Shown: positions 8,406 through 16,394 of the stretch, piece after piece | Numbering within the stretch: the first letter of the stretch is position 1 | Layout of the letters: the number at the start of each line of letters is the position of its first letter | Source: Longivirga aurantiaca | Lineage (GTDB): Bacteria; Actinomycetota; Actinomycetes; S36-B12; CAIYMF01 | Direction of reading: 5' to 3' | DNA length: 21,144 nt | Assembly (NCBI RefSeq): GCF_042660085.1 | Contig: NZ_JBHSTI010000052.1 | Location: 1 to 21,144 of the forward strand | Made by a program: the position numbers and the translations under genes | Notes under the pieces: model-generated | Databases searched by the model: none | Told to the model about the DNA's origin: nothing | What the model saw: only the letters and a program-made list of their open reading frames with translations

Positions 8406-9470
8406 TTAGGCGTTGACCTCGTGCGGGAGGTCGAGCGCCCCGTGCTCCGGGTTCGGGATCTGGCTGGGCGAGAGCCGCTTGCGGAACACCCAGTAGGTCC
8501 ACGACTGGTAGACGAGCACGACGGGCGTGAGGATCACGGCCACCCAGGTCATCACGGTGAGCGTGTACTCGGTGCTGGACGCGTTGCGGATCGTCAGCGT
8601 CGCCTCCGCGATCGTGCTGCTGGGCATCACGTTCGGGAAGAGGCAGGCGAAGAGGAACGCCACGACGCCGAGCATCGTGATGGCCGACGCGATGAACGCC
8701 CAGCCCTCGCGACCGAGGCGGTTGGCAGCGAGCGCGCCGACCCACGAGACCACCGCGACGGTCAGGAAGACCACCGAGACGATCGTGTTGTTGCTGTGGG
8801 CCAGCTGGGTCCATACGCCGAACAGAACCGCGAGCACGGCGGCCACGAGACCGACCTGGCCGGCGATCTTGTTCGCCCGCACGCGGATCTCGCCCTCGGT
8901 CTTGAGCGCCAGGAAGATCGCGCCGTGCGTCACGAAGAGCGTGAGCGTGACGAGACCGCCGAGCAGGCCGTACGGGTTGAGCAGCGTGAACAGGTTGCCG
9001 GTGAAGAGGCTGCCGCCGGCCGGGTTCGGCTCCATCGGCACGCCCGCGACGATGTTCGCGAACGCGACGCCCCACAGCAGCGCGGGGAGGAAGGAGCTGA
9101 TCACGATCGCCAGGTCCCAGCGCTTGCGCCAGGTCGGGTTGCTCCTCTTGCTGCGGAACTCGAACGACACACCGCGGACGATGAGGGCGACGAGGATCAG
9201 GAACAGCGCGAGGTAGAACCCGCTGAAGAGGGTGGCGTACCACTCCGGGAAGGCCGCGAACATCGCGCCGCCCGCAGTGAGGAGCCATACCTCGTTGCCG
9301 TCCCACACCGGGCCGAGCGTGGTGAGGACGGTACGGCGCTCGGCCTCGTTCTTCGCCACGACCGGGAGCAGGATGCCCACGCCGAAGTCGAAGCCCTCGA
9401 GGACGAAGTAGCCGATCCACAGGACCGCGATGAGCACGATCCAGACGTTCTGGAGCATCTCCAAGCTCAT
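8406..9470 (-). CDS. cydB: Cytochrome bd ubiquinol/menaquinol oxidase subunit II
   Basis: N-terminus 'LWIGYFVLEGFDFGVGILLP...GPVWDGNEVWLLTAGGAMFAAFPEWYA' is the conserved CydB signature. GGAG lies 8 nt upstream of the ATG. Sits directly downstream of cydA. Confidence 0.95.
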   Translation of the reverse strand: MSLEMLQNVWIVLIAVLWIGYFVLEGFDFGVGILLPVVAKNEAERRTVLTTLGPVWDGNEVWLLTAGGAMFAAFPEWYATLFSGFYLALFLILVALIVRGVSFEFRSKRSNPTWRKRWDLAIVISSFLPALLWGVAFANIVAGVPMEPNPAGGSLFTGNLFTLLNPYGLLGGLVTLTLFVTHGAIFLALKTEGEIRVRANKIAGQVGLVAAVLAVLFGVWTQLAHSNNTIVSVVFLTVAVVSWVGALAANRLGREGWAFIASAITMLGVVAFLFACLFPNVMPSSTIAEATLTIRNASSTEYTLTVMTWVAVILTPVVLVYQSWTYWVFRKRLSPSQIPNPEHGALDLPHEVNA

Positions 9471-9488
9471 GATCAGACTCCAGTTCCG

Positions 9489-10898
9489 TCAGTAGGAGAA
9501 GGTCAGAGGCTGACCGTTGTTGGTGTCCTCGGCGTCGACCAGCTCGACCGTCTCCGGCGGGCCGATCTTCACCTGGCGGATCATGAGACCCACGGTGATC
9601 ACGGCGAGGCCGCCGTAGAGCAGGGTGAAGATCACGATCGTGATCCACGCCTGGCCCGCGGTGAGCGTCGGCGAGACGCCCGCCTCGGTCTTCATCAGGC
9701 CGTACACGATCCACGGCTGGCGACCCATCTCGGTGAAGATCCAGCCGGACGAGATGCCCATGAGCGGGAACAGCAGGGCGACGGCGGCGGTGCGCTTCAT
9801 CCAGCGACCCGACGGGATGTTGCCCTTGCGGGTGCGCCACGCGACGTAGACCGCGTAGAGGACTCCGAGGACTCCGAGACCGATCATGGCGCGGAAGGCC
9901 CAGAAGATGAGCGGGACGTACGGCGCGTACTCGCCCGGGCCGAAGGTCTGCTCGTACTCCGTCTGCAGGTCGTTGATGCCCTTGACGGTGCTCTCCGGAC
10001 CGCTCCAGTAGCCGGTGGCCATGAAGGAGGTGAGGCCGGGGATCTCGAGCGACCAGTAGGCCTCGCTGCCGTCCAAGCTTCCGATGGTGATGAGGCTGAA
10101 CGGTGCTGACTCGGTGGTCTCGTAGAGGGCCTCCGCGGCAGCCATCTTCATCGGCTGCTGCTGCACCATGATCTTGGCCTGCACGTCACCGGTGAAGATC
10201 ACGGCGACACCGGCGATGACGGTGGCGATCAGGCCGACGGTGAGCGACTTCTTCATGGCGCCGACCGAGCGACCGGTCGTCATGACGAGGAGGCTGACAC
10301 CGACGAGCATGACGCCGGACACGAGGAACGCGGACGTGATGACGTGCGCGAAGGTCGTGTACGCCGTGTTCTGGAAGAGCAGCTCGGCGAAGTTCTGCAG
10401 CTCGACGCGGTTGGTCTCCGGGTTGAACTTGTAGGCCACCGGGTGCTGCATGAACGAGTTCGCGGCGAGGATGAAGTACGCCGAGAGCATCGTGCCGATC
10501 GCCGCGGCCCAGATGGTCGCGAGGTGCAGCTTCTTGGGCAGGCGGTCCCAGCCGAAGATCCAGAGACCCAGGAACGTGGACTCCAGGAAGAACGATGCGA
10601 GAGCCTCGACGGCCAGCGGGGCGCCGAAGATGTCGCCGACGAAGCGCGAGTAGTCGCTCCACGCCATGCCGAACTGGAACTCCTGGACGATGCCGGTGAC
10701 GACACCCATCGCGAAGTTGATGAGGAAGAGCTTCCCGAAGAACTTCGTGGCCTTGAGCCACTTCTCGTCGCCGGTGCGGACCCACATGGTCTGCATGATC
10801 GCGACGAGCATCGAGGTGCCGATGGTCAGCGGCACGAACAGGAAGTGGTAGACGGTCGTGATGCCGAACTGCCACCGAGCGAGGTCAAGCGCGCTCAT
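9489..10898 (-). CDS. cydA: Cytochrome bd ubiquinol/menaquinol oxidase subunit I
   Basis: 'LARWQFGITTVYHFLFVPLTIG...GVVTGIVQEFQFGMAWSDYSRFVGDIFGAPLAVEALASFFLESTFLGLW' is the canonical CydA N-terminal heme-binding region. 'GWIFTEMGRQPW' motif near the C-terminus. GAGGGG upstream of the ATG at 10898. Confidence 0.95.
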   Translation of the reverse strand: MSALDLARWQFGITTVYHFLFVPLTIGTSMLVAIMQTMWVRTGDEKWLKATKFFGKLFLINFAMGVVTGIVQEFQFGMAWSDYSRFVGDIFGAPLAVEALASFFLESTFLGLWIFGWDRLPKKLHLATIWAAAIGTMLSAYFILAANSFMQHPVAYKFNPETNRVELQNFAELLFQNTAYTTFAHVITSAFLVSGVMLVGVSLLVMTTGRSVGAMKKSLTVGLIATVIAGVAVIFTGDVQAKIMVQQQPMKMAAAEALYETTESAPFSLITIGSLDGSEAYWSLEIPGLTSFMATGYWSGPESTVKGINDLQTEYEQTFGPGEYAPYVPLIFWAFRAMIGLGVLGVLYAVYVAWRTRKGNIPSGRWMKRTAAVALLFPLMGISSGWIFTEMGRQPWIVYGLMKTEAGVSPTLTAGQAWITIVIFTLLYGGLAVITVGLMIRQVKIGPPETVELVDAEDTNNGQPLTFSY

Positions 10899-11179
10899 AG
10901 AGGTATCCCCTCACGGACAATGGACGCACGCGGATGTGCAGTGGTCACTTTGCCGCTCGTCCGGGGGCGAACGAGGGCAGATCGCTGTGAGGTGGGTCGC
11001 GCAGGGCAGGCACACCTACCCCCGTCAGCCCCGAGCCGAGCACAGTGCACGCCGCAGCAGGTGAGGGTCGCCTACCTCGTCCCCATGCGTGGTCGCGGAC
11101 GACCCACCTCTGGCGCGATTCGGACCACGTGCTGCCCCGGCGGACTGAGCAGCGTGCACAGGGAGCAGGATGTGCGCCC

Positions 11180-12157
11180 GTGACCTCGGTGCCGGAGTTC
11201 GACGACCTCGTCGCACCCCGGCACGCCCTGAGGCCGGCGTCGACCGGCCAGGTCTGGGCCGCCCTCGTCACTGTCTACATCGTCTGGGGCTCGACGTACC
11301 TCGGGCTGAAGCTGGCGACCGAGACGATGCCGCCGCAGCTCGCCCTCGGTGCGCGCTTCCTCGTCGCCGGCAGCATCCTCGCGCTCTTCGTGGCGCTGCG
11401 GCGGGGTGCGGGTGCCCTGCGCGTGACGCGCCGCGAGCTCGCCGGGGCGGCGCTCGTGGGCGTGATGCTCCTCGGGGTCGGCATGAGCACGCTCGCGCTC
11501 GGGCAGGCCTACGTGCCCACCGGTGTCGCCGCGCTGCTCATCGCCGTGACTCCGGTGTTCATCGCGCTGCTGAGGTTCTCGGCGGGCGACCGGCCGTCGC
11601 TCGTCACCTGGCTCGGCATCGGCGTGGGCCTCGCCGGCATCGCCGTCCTGGTGCGCCCGGGCAGCAACGTCGAGGGCGTGGCGGGCGCGACCGCGCAGGA
11701 GCGCGCGTTCTGGTCCGTGATGATCGTGCTCGGCTCGGCGAGCTGGGCGATCGGCTCGTTCCTGCAGCAGCGCATCCCCACGCCGCAGGACACCGCGGTG
11801 ATGTCGACGTACGAGATGCTCGCGGGCGGGACGGCCCTCGTGCTGGTGGGGATGCTCCGCGGCGAGCGGTGGCCCGACCTGTTCGACGCGAGCGCGCGCT
11901 CGTGGGGAGGGTGGATATACCTCGTGACCGCCGGATCCCTCGTCGGGTTCTCGGCGTTCGTGTGGCTCATCGACCACGCGCCGATCTCGCTCGCCTCGAC
12001 GTACGCCTACGTCAACCCGGTGGTCGCCGTGGCCCTCGGCACGCTCGTGCTCGGCGAGAGCCTCACGAGCGGCGTCCTGATCGGGGGCGCCGTCATCATC
12101 GGGGGCGTGGCGCTCGTGGTGAGCGGCGAACGATTCACGCGCCGCGAGGGCACCTGA
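11180..12157 (+). CDS. EamA/DMT-superfamily transporter (10-TM drug/metabolite exporter type)
   Basis: Two EamA-like halves of five hydrophobic helices each ('VYIVWGSTYLGLKLA...' and 'GSASWAIGSFLQQRI...YAYVNPVVAVALGTLVLGE'). I prefer the GTG at 11180, preceded by GGGAGCAGGA at 11161-11170, over the ATG at 11045. The first 45 codons of the track ORF are R/H/W-rich and do not look like transporter sequence. Confidence 0.75.
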   Translation: MTSVPEFDDLVAPRHALRPASTGQVWAALVTVYIVWGSTYLGLKLATETMPPQLALGARFLVAGSILALFVALRRGAGALRVTRRELAGAALVGVMLLGVGMSTLALGQAYVPTGVAALLIAVTPVFIALLRFSAGDRPSLVTWLGIGVGLAGIAVLVRPGSNVEGVAGATAQERAFWSVMIVLGSASWAIGSFLQQRIPTPQDTAVMSTYEMLAGGTALVLVGMLRGERWPDLFDASARSWGGWIYLVTAGSLVGFSAFVWLIDHAPISLASTYAYVNPVVAVALGTLVLGESLTSGVLIGGAVIIGGVALVVSGERFTRREGT

Positions 12158-12163
12158 AGGGCG

Positions 12164-12832
12164 TCAGGTCCGCGAGGTCAGGACGACGACGTCCTCGTCG
12201 CTCGGCGCGAGCCCGGTGAGCCCGGGCGTTCCGCACGACACCACGGTCGCCCGCTCCCACGGCCTGTCGTCAGCGAGGAACGGGTACTCCTCGCTCTGCC
12301 AGCGGTCCCAGAAGTCCGCGGCCTCGTCCGGGGTGCGACCGAGGACGACGTCGCGCTCGACACCGCGCCGGCGCCGCTCGTCCTCGTCGGACAGGACCCA
12401 CACCGTCGCGTCGTAGTGGTCGGCGAGGCTCGCGCGGCCGGCACCGACGCCCTCGACGAGGACCAGCGTCGACCCGGCGGGCACCTCGATCGCGCCGGAC
12501 CGTCCCAGCCGGTCCCAGGCCGGCGGGCGGTAGGTGACCGCGGCCCCCTCGCGGGCGGGCGCCAGGACGTGGGCGGCCATCAGGGCGTCCCAGTCGAAGA
12601 ACGACTCCTCCCAGGCCACGTCGTCGGTGTGCACGACGACCGAGCCCGGCACGAGCGCGGCGATGCGCCCGGCGATGGTCGACTTCCCGCTGCCCGAGCG
12701 GCCGTCCACGGCCACGAGCACCGGGCGCAGGCCCGGGTCGCCCGCGGCGTCGAGCAGACGGCGGACGACGAGGCGCACATCGCGGACGGCCCAGGTGCCC
12801 TGGACGGTCTCGACCTCGGGAAGCGTGATCAC
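12164..12832 (-). CDS. P-loop NTPase, uridine-kinase-like/AAA-type small kinase family protein
   Basis: Walker A 'DGRSGSGKSTIAGRIA' is followed by 'VVVHTDDVAW' and 'LVLVEGVGAGR' (Walker-B-like strand), a pattern typical of Udk/PRK-like kinases. The upstream part of the 417-aa track ORF (12833-13417) is out-of-frame overlap with the GGDEF gene (P/R/S/T-rich) and is rejected. GTG at 12832 is the first plausible start after the GGDEF stop; no clear SD, so the start is uncertain. Confidence 0.65.
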   Translation of the reverse strand: MITLPEVETVQGTWAVRDVRLVVRRLLDAAGDPGLRPVLVAVDGRSGSGKSTIAGRIAALVPGSVVVHTDDVAWEESFFDWDALMAAHVLAPAREGAAVTYRPPAWDRLGRSGAIEVPAGSTLVLVEGVGAGRASLADHYDATVWVLSDEDERRRRGVERDVVLGRTPDEAADFWDRWQSEEYPFLADDRPWERATVVSCGTPGLTGLAPSDEDVVVLTSRT

Positions 12833-12881
12833 CGGTCCAGGGTAGGACGTGGGGGTGCAAGCGGTTGCAGGGGCCACCCGA

Positions 12882-13979
12882 TCAGGCCGGTTCGTCGGCC
12901 GTGCGGTGCTCGTGCTCGGACGTGCGGGCGTCGGGCCCCGCGCCGGCCACCCCGTCGGTGGAGTTCGGCTCCTCCCGCTGCTCGGGGACGGCGCCGGAGC
13001 GGCTCGGCGCCGTCCGCGCGCGCTTGGCGTCGTACAGAACGCGGTCGGCGCGGTCGAGCGCGTCCCAGAGCTCCTCGTCGTCCTTCCAGGCGGCGAGGCC
13101 CCAGGTCCACGGGTGGTCGCTGGCGAGCGCGGCGCGGTGGATCGCGGAGTACGCCTCGGCCTCCGTGCTGCCGGGCAGGATGACGACGAACTCGTCGCCT
13201 CCGAACCGGGCCACGAGGTCGTGGGGGCGCAGCCGGCTGTGCAGGTCGTTGACCACCGAGCAGAGCAGGACGTCGCCGGCGATGTGGCCGTGGGTGTCGT
13301 TGAAGAGCTTGAACTCGTCGAGGTCGACGATCGCCACGGCCGTCGGCGACGCGGCGCGGGCGGCGACGGACCGGACCGCGCCGGCCTGCTGCTCGAGGCC
13401 GCGGCGGTTGAGCGCACCCGTCAGCGGGTCGATGTGGCTGAGGCGGTGCAGCTGGCTCACGAGGCCGTGGGTCACGATGCCGACGCTCGCGACGATCACG
13501 CTGGCGATGATCGCGAACAGCACCGTCGGCAGGACGGCGTGGATGACGACGGCAACGAGGTAGGCGGTGATCATCAGCACCAGGTGGCCGGCGAGCCTGC
13601 GGCGCGTGCTGAACAGCGCGGCCAGGAGGGCCAGCATCACGAGGCCGGTGCCGTTGAGCATCTGACCGATGGCGTCGGTGTTGTTGGTGATCACGAAGCC
13701 GAGCACGATCGAGCTGAAGGCGAGGGAGAGGTCCCAGAGCCACATCGCCACGCGCCCGACGACCGTCACCGTGAAGACCGCGACCGCCCCGGACAGTGCG
13801 GCCATGCCCGCGTTGAAGGTCCGCGAGGTGTCCGCGCCCTCCCCGGGGATCAGCGCGAACGACAGCAGGAAGAGGAACGCGAGGAACTGGGCACCGCCGA
13901 GGAGCACGACGGCTGCGCGCGGCGGGCGCTGGGACGGCGACGTACGCCAGTCGGCGACCGACATCAGACGTGACTCCAC
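12882..13979 (-). CDS. Membrane-anchored diguanylate cyclase (5-6 TM N-terminal domain + GGDEF domain)
   Basis: Intact active-site motif 'RFGGDEFVV'. An RxxD inhibitory-site motif 'RPHD' lies five residues upstream of GGDEF. 'IDPLTGALNRRGL' and 'DLDEFKLFNDTHGHIAGD' are canonical GGDEF-domain blocks. AGAGGAGGG lies immediately upstream of the GTG at 13979 (alternative ATG at 13964). Confidence 0.9.
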   Translation of the reverse strand: MESRLMSVADWRTSPSQRPPRAAVVLLGGAQFLAFLFLLSFALIPGEGADTSRTFNAGMAALSGAVAVFTVTVVGRVAMWLWDLSLAFSSIVLGFVITNNTDAIGQMLNGTGLVMLALLAALFSTRRRLAGHLVLMITAYLVAVVIHAVLPTVLFAIIASVIVASVGIVTHGLVSQLHRLSHIDPLTGALNRRGLEQQAGAVRSVAARAASPTAVAIVDLDEFKLFNDTHGHIAGDVLLCSVVNDLHSRLRPHDLVARFGGDEFVVILPGSTEAEAYSAIHRAALASDHPWTWGLAAWKDDEELWDALDRADRVLYDAKRARTAPSRSGAVPEQREEPNSTDGVAGAGPDARTSEHEHRTADEPA

Positions 13980-14045
13980 GCGCCCTCCTCTGGCGGTGAG
14001 CGTACGGGTCGGTCGCCGCCGACGACGACCGGCCTGCGCGGTTCG

Positions 14046-14363
14046 TCAGACCCGGTCGTTCAGCGCCAGCACCATCGACGGCAGACCGAGCGCGAGGCCG
14101 AGGAACACCCAGAACGCGGGCATCGCGGCCCCCCACGTGAGAGAGACGTCCCAGGTGTCGAGCTCGGTTCCGTTCACGATGAACGCGACGAGACCGCCGG
14201 TCCCGGCCAGGGCGACGGCGCCGCCGAGGTAGCGGTACGACTCGACGTACGACGCGTTGCGCACCGCGAGCTGCTGCTCGTCGAGGTACTCGCCGGGCAG
14301 GTCGGCGATGGTGCGCACGGAGACGCGCAGCAGGCCCCACATTCCGGCGGTCACGAGGACCAC
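14046..14363 (-). CDS. Small hypothetical membrane protein (2-3 TM); possibly 5'-truncated
   Basis: Near-100% GC at third positions in this frame, versus a clearly lower value in the antisense frame, supports real coding. Hydrophobic segments 'GGAVALAGTGGLVAFIV' and 'AAMPAFWVFLGLALGLPSMVLAL'. No family recognised. The ATG at 14363 directly abuts opposite-strand coding sequence, leaving no room for a promoter or RBS. Confidence 0.5.
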   Translation of the reverse strand: MVLVTAGMWGLLRVSVRTIADLPGEYLDEQQLAVRNASYVESYRYLGGAVALAGTGGLVAFIVNGTELDTWDVSLTWGAAMPAFWVFLGLALGLPSMVLALNDRV

Positions 14364-14372
14364 CAGCAGGCC

Positions 14373-14576
14373 CTCGAGCCGCTCTACGGCTTCCGGTCGC
14401 TCGAGAGCTTCAAGGCCGAGTTCAAGCCGCGCGACGTGCCGCTCTACCTTGTCCTCCCGGACGAGGCCGCGCTGCCGCGGATCGGGCTCGCGCTCACCGA
14501 GGCGTTCCTGCCGGGGACGCCGCTGCCCCAGGTGGCGCTCGCCGGGGTGCAGGGCCTGCGCGAGGCCCGCGACTGA
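14373..14576 (+). pseudogene. Start-less C-terminal fragment resembling DUF2156/LPG-synthase-C (aminoacyl-phosphatidylglycerol synthase-type) proteins
   Basis: Translation 'LEPLYGFRSLESFKAEFKPRDVPLYLVLPDEAALPRIGLALTEAFLPGTPLPQVALAGVQGLREARD*' has high GC3. It matches the family's C-terminal pattern F-K-x-[KE]-F-x-P-x3-P-x-Y-L as I remember it. There is no ATG/GTG/TTG in frame until 14436, and upstream of about 14372 the coding signal switches to the minus strand. The ORF is absent from the track because it has no usable start. Confidence 0.4.
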
Positions 14577-14586
14577 GCGTCGCGAA

Positions 14587-15507
14587 CTACTTCAGCAGCG
14601 CTGCTGCAGCGAGCAGGACGGGCACCGACCCCAGGGTGCTGAGCAGGATCGTGTCGCGCACGACCAGCTCGGCTGTGGCGTAGCGCTGGGCATAGTTGAA
14701 CGTGTTGTGAGCCGACGGCAGCGCGGCGAGCGCGACGACGACGAAGAGGTCGTGGCCCTCGAGCCCGAACACCCACGCTCCGAGCGCCCACGCCACCGCG
14801 GGCATCCCGATCACCTTGATCGCGGTGGCGAGCAGCACGTCCTTGCGCTCGGGCCCTGCCTGCAGCACGCGGATGCCGTGGAGCGAGGCGCCGTAGTTCA
14901 TCAGCAGCAGCGGCACCGTGGCGGCGCCGATGATGTGCAGCGGCTCCATGACGACGACGGGCACCGCGAGGCCCGTGGCACCGACCACCGCTCCGAGCAC
15001 CGAGGCGACCACCAGCGGGTTGCGCACCGGACCGAGCAGCACCTGGCCGACCGAGACCCGGCCCTTCGTGCTCGCATCGAGCACGGTGAGCGCGATCGGC
15101 GTGACGAGCACGAGCTGCGCCATGAGGATCGGGGCGACGTACGCCGCGCTGCCGAGCACGTAGACGGCCACCGGCAGACCGATGTTGTTGGAGTTGACGT
15201 ACCCCGCCGCGAGGGCGCCCATGGTCGTGTGCGCCACCGAGCGACGCCACATCACGCGCGCCACGACCGCAGAGGAGAGGTACGCCGCGACGGCGGCGAG
15301 GAGCGGCACCGCGAGCAGCGGGGAGAGCAGCTGGTCGGTGCTGGCGGTGGCGAGGATCGTGAACAGCAGGCAGGGCGCCAGGACGAAGAAGACGAGGCGC
15401 GCGAGGAGCGGTGCGGTGTCCGGCGTGATCACGCCGAGCCGGCCCGCGACGTAGCCCACGGCGATGACGGCCGCGATGATCGCGAACCCGCTCAGGACTC
15501 CGGACAC
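14587..15507 (-). CDS. AEC (auxin efflux carrier/Mem_trans) family transporter
   Basis: 10-TM profile with 'YVNSNNIGLPVAVYVLG' and 'VRNPLVVASVLGAVVG' blocks characteristic of Mem_trans proteins. GTG start at 15507 with no obvious SD. Confidence 0.8.
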   Translation of the reverse strand: MSGVLSGFAIIAAVIAVGYVAGRLGVITPDTAPLLARLVFFVLAPCLLFTILATASTDQLLSPLLAVPLLAAVAAYLSSAVVARVMWRRSVAHTTMGALAAGYVNSNNIGLPVAVYVLGSAAYVAPILMAQLVLVTPIALTVLDASTKGRVSVGQVLLGPVRNPLVVASVLGAVVGATGLAVPVVVMEPLHIIGAATVPLLLMNYGASLHGIRVLQAGPERKDVLLATAIKVIGMPAVAWALGAWVFGLEGHDLFVVVALAALPSAHNTFNYAQRYATAELVVRDTILLSTLGSVPVLLAAAALLK

Positions 15508-15644
15508 GCAGGTGAGTCTGACCGACGTCGTACCGGCCGCCCGGCCCGGCTCCCGGCCCGGCAGACCGCACGCGGGCCGGGGAAACCGTTGCGGCGTGCC
15601 CGAACGCCTCCCGCAGGCGTCGGCGCGTGCCTACGCTCGGAGGC

Positions 15645-16319
15645 ATGCAGGTGGAGATCAGCTCAGGCCCCGCGTTCGCATTCGGTGAGATCACGCTGCC
15701 CCCGGGCGGCTCGGTCAGTGTTGAGGCCGGCGCCATGGCCATGACGCGCGGCGACATCCAGATGGCGACGTCCACCCAGGGCGGCTTCATGAAGGGGCTC
15801 AAACGCACGCTCGGCGGCGAGAGCTTCTTCGTCAACGACTTCAGCTCGGGATCCGGCGGTGTCGTCGGTGTCGCCGCGGCGCTGCCCGGCGACCTCGACC
15901 ACATCATGCTCGACGGCTCGCGCGCGCTCATGGTGCAGAGCGGGTCGTGGATCGCGTCCGACCCCTCGATCGACGTCGACACGAAGTGGGGCGGCGGCAA
16001 GACCTTCTTCAGCGGCGAGGGCCTGCTCCTGCTGCGGTGCACGGGTGCCGGTGACCTGCTGGTGTCGGCGTACGGCGCGCTCCGCCCGTACACGCTCGGC
16101 GCGGGCGAGGTGCTCACGCTCGACACGGGCCACGTCGTCGCGTTCGACGAGGGCGTGACCTACAACGTGCGCAAGGCCGGCTCGTGGAAGTCGACCATCC
16201 TCGGCGCCGAGGGGCTCGTCACCGACTTCACCGGCCCCGGGCGCGTGTGGCTGCAGACCCGCAGCAGCAGCGACCTCATCCTCTGGATCCAGAGCAAGCT
16301 GCCTCCGCAGCGCAGCTGA
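15645..16319 (+). CDS. AIM24/TIGR00266 (DUF124) family protein
   Basis: 'MQVEISSGPAFAFGEITLPPGGSVSVEAGAMAMT...GGESFFVNDFS...GEGLLLLRCTGAGDLLVSAYGA...VVAFDEGVTYNV...GPGRVWLQTRS' follows the family's conserved beta-rich layout. Start is ambiguous: GTG 15627, ATG 15645 (GGAGG only 1 nt upstream) or GTG 15651 (7 nt from GGAGG). Confidence 0.8.
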   Translation: MQVEISSGPAFAFGEITLPPGGSVSVEAGAMAMTRGDIQMATSTQGGFMKGLKRTLGGESFFVNDFSSGSGGVVGVAAALPGDLDHIMLDGSRALMVQSGSWIASDPSIDVDTKWGGGKTFFSGEGLLLLRCTGAGDLLVSAYGALRPYTLGAGEVLTLDTGHVVAFDEGVTYNVRKAGSWKSTILGAEGLVTDFTGPGRVWLQTRSSSDLILWIQSKLPPQRS

Positions 16320-16335
16320 CACCGGTCGTACCCAG

Positions 16336-16371
16336 ACGGGTGGGCGCCACGATCCCGCGGCGCCCACCCGT
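16336..16371. terminator. Perfect 13-bp stem/10-nt loop hairpin between convergent genes (candidate bidirectional intrinsic terminator)
   Basis: acgggtgggcgcc (16336-16348) and ggcgcccacccgt (16359-16371) are exact reverse complements. The hairpin lies between the stop at 16319 (+) and the stop at 16395 (-). No strong U-tract. Confidence 0.55.
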
Positions 16372-16394
16372 TCTGCGTCGTCCCACCCGGCTGA

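Noticed and set aside
57-10109. Many very long ORFs in the six-frame track overlapping the called genes (e.g. 57-1379+, 1486-2976+, 1595-3154-, 2931-5183+, 3211-4740-, 4718-6727+, 4944-6716-, 6646-9840- of 1064 aa, 6816-10109+ of 1097 aa).
   Set aside because: Their translations are dominated by R/P/A/G/H/D runs with no recognisable motifs. They lie antisense or out of frame to genes with clear family signatures and near-maximal third-position GC. They are typical stop-codon-poor artefacts of about 70% GC DNA.
10935-10949. CRP/GlxR-like sequence TGTGCagtggTCACT upstream of cydA.
   Set aside because: The half-site spacing is one base short of the canonical TGTGA-N6-TCACA geometry, and one half-site is degenerate. 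I cannot support it as a CRP site without a scoring matrix.
11091-11170. Vague resemblance of the EamA upstream region (…CTGGCGCGA…CCCCGGCGGAC…) to the ZTP/pfl riboswitch core.
   Set aside because: The conserved 3' CCGCCUGGGC pseudoknot element and the P1/P2 architecture are not present, and the downstream gene type does not fit ZTP regulons.
12833-13417. Upstream 195 codons of the 417-aa ORF (12164-13417, minus strand), which would give a much longer kinase-like protein.
   Set aside because: This part overlaps the GGDEF gene in another frame and is S/T/P/R-rich low-complexity sequence. The recognisable P-loop protein begins only after the GGDEF stop codon.
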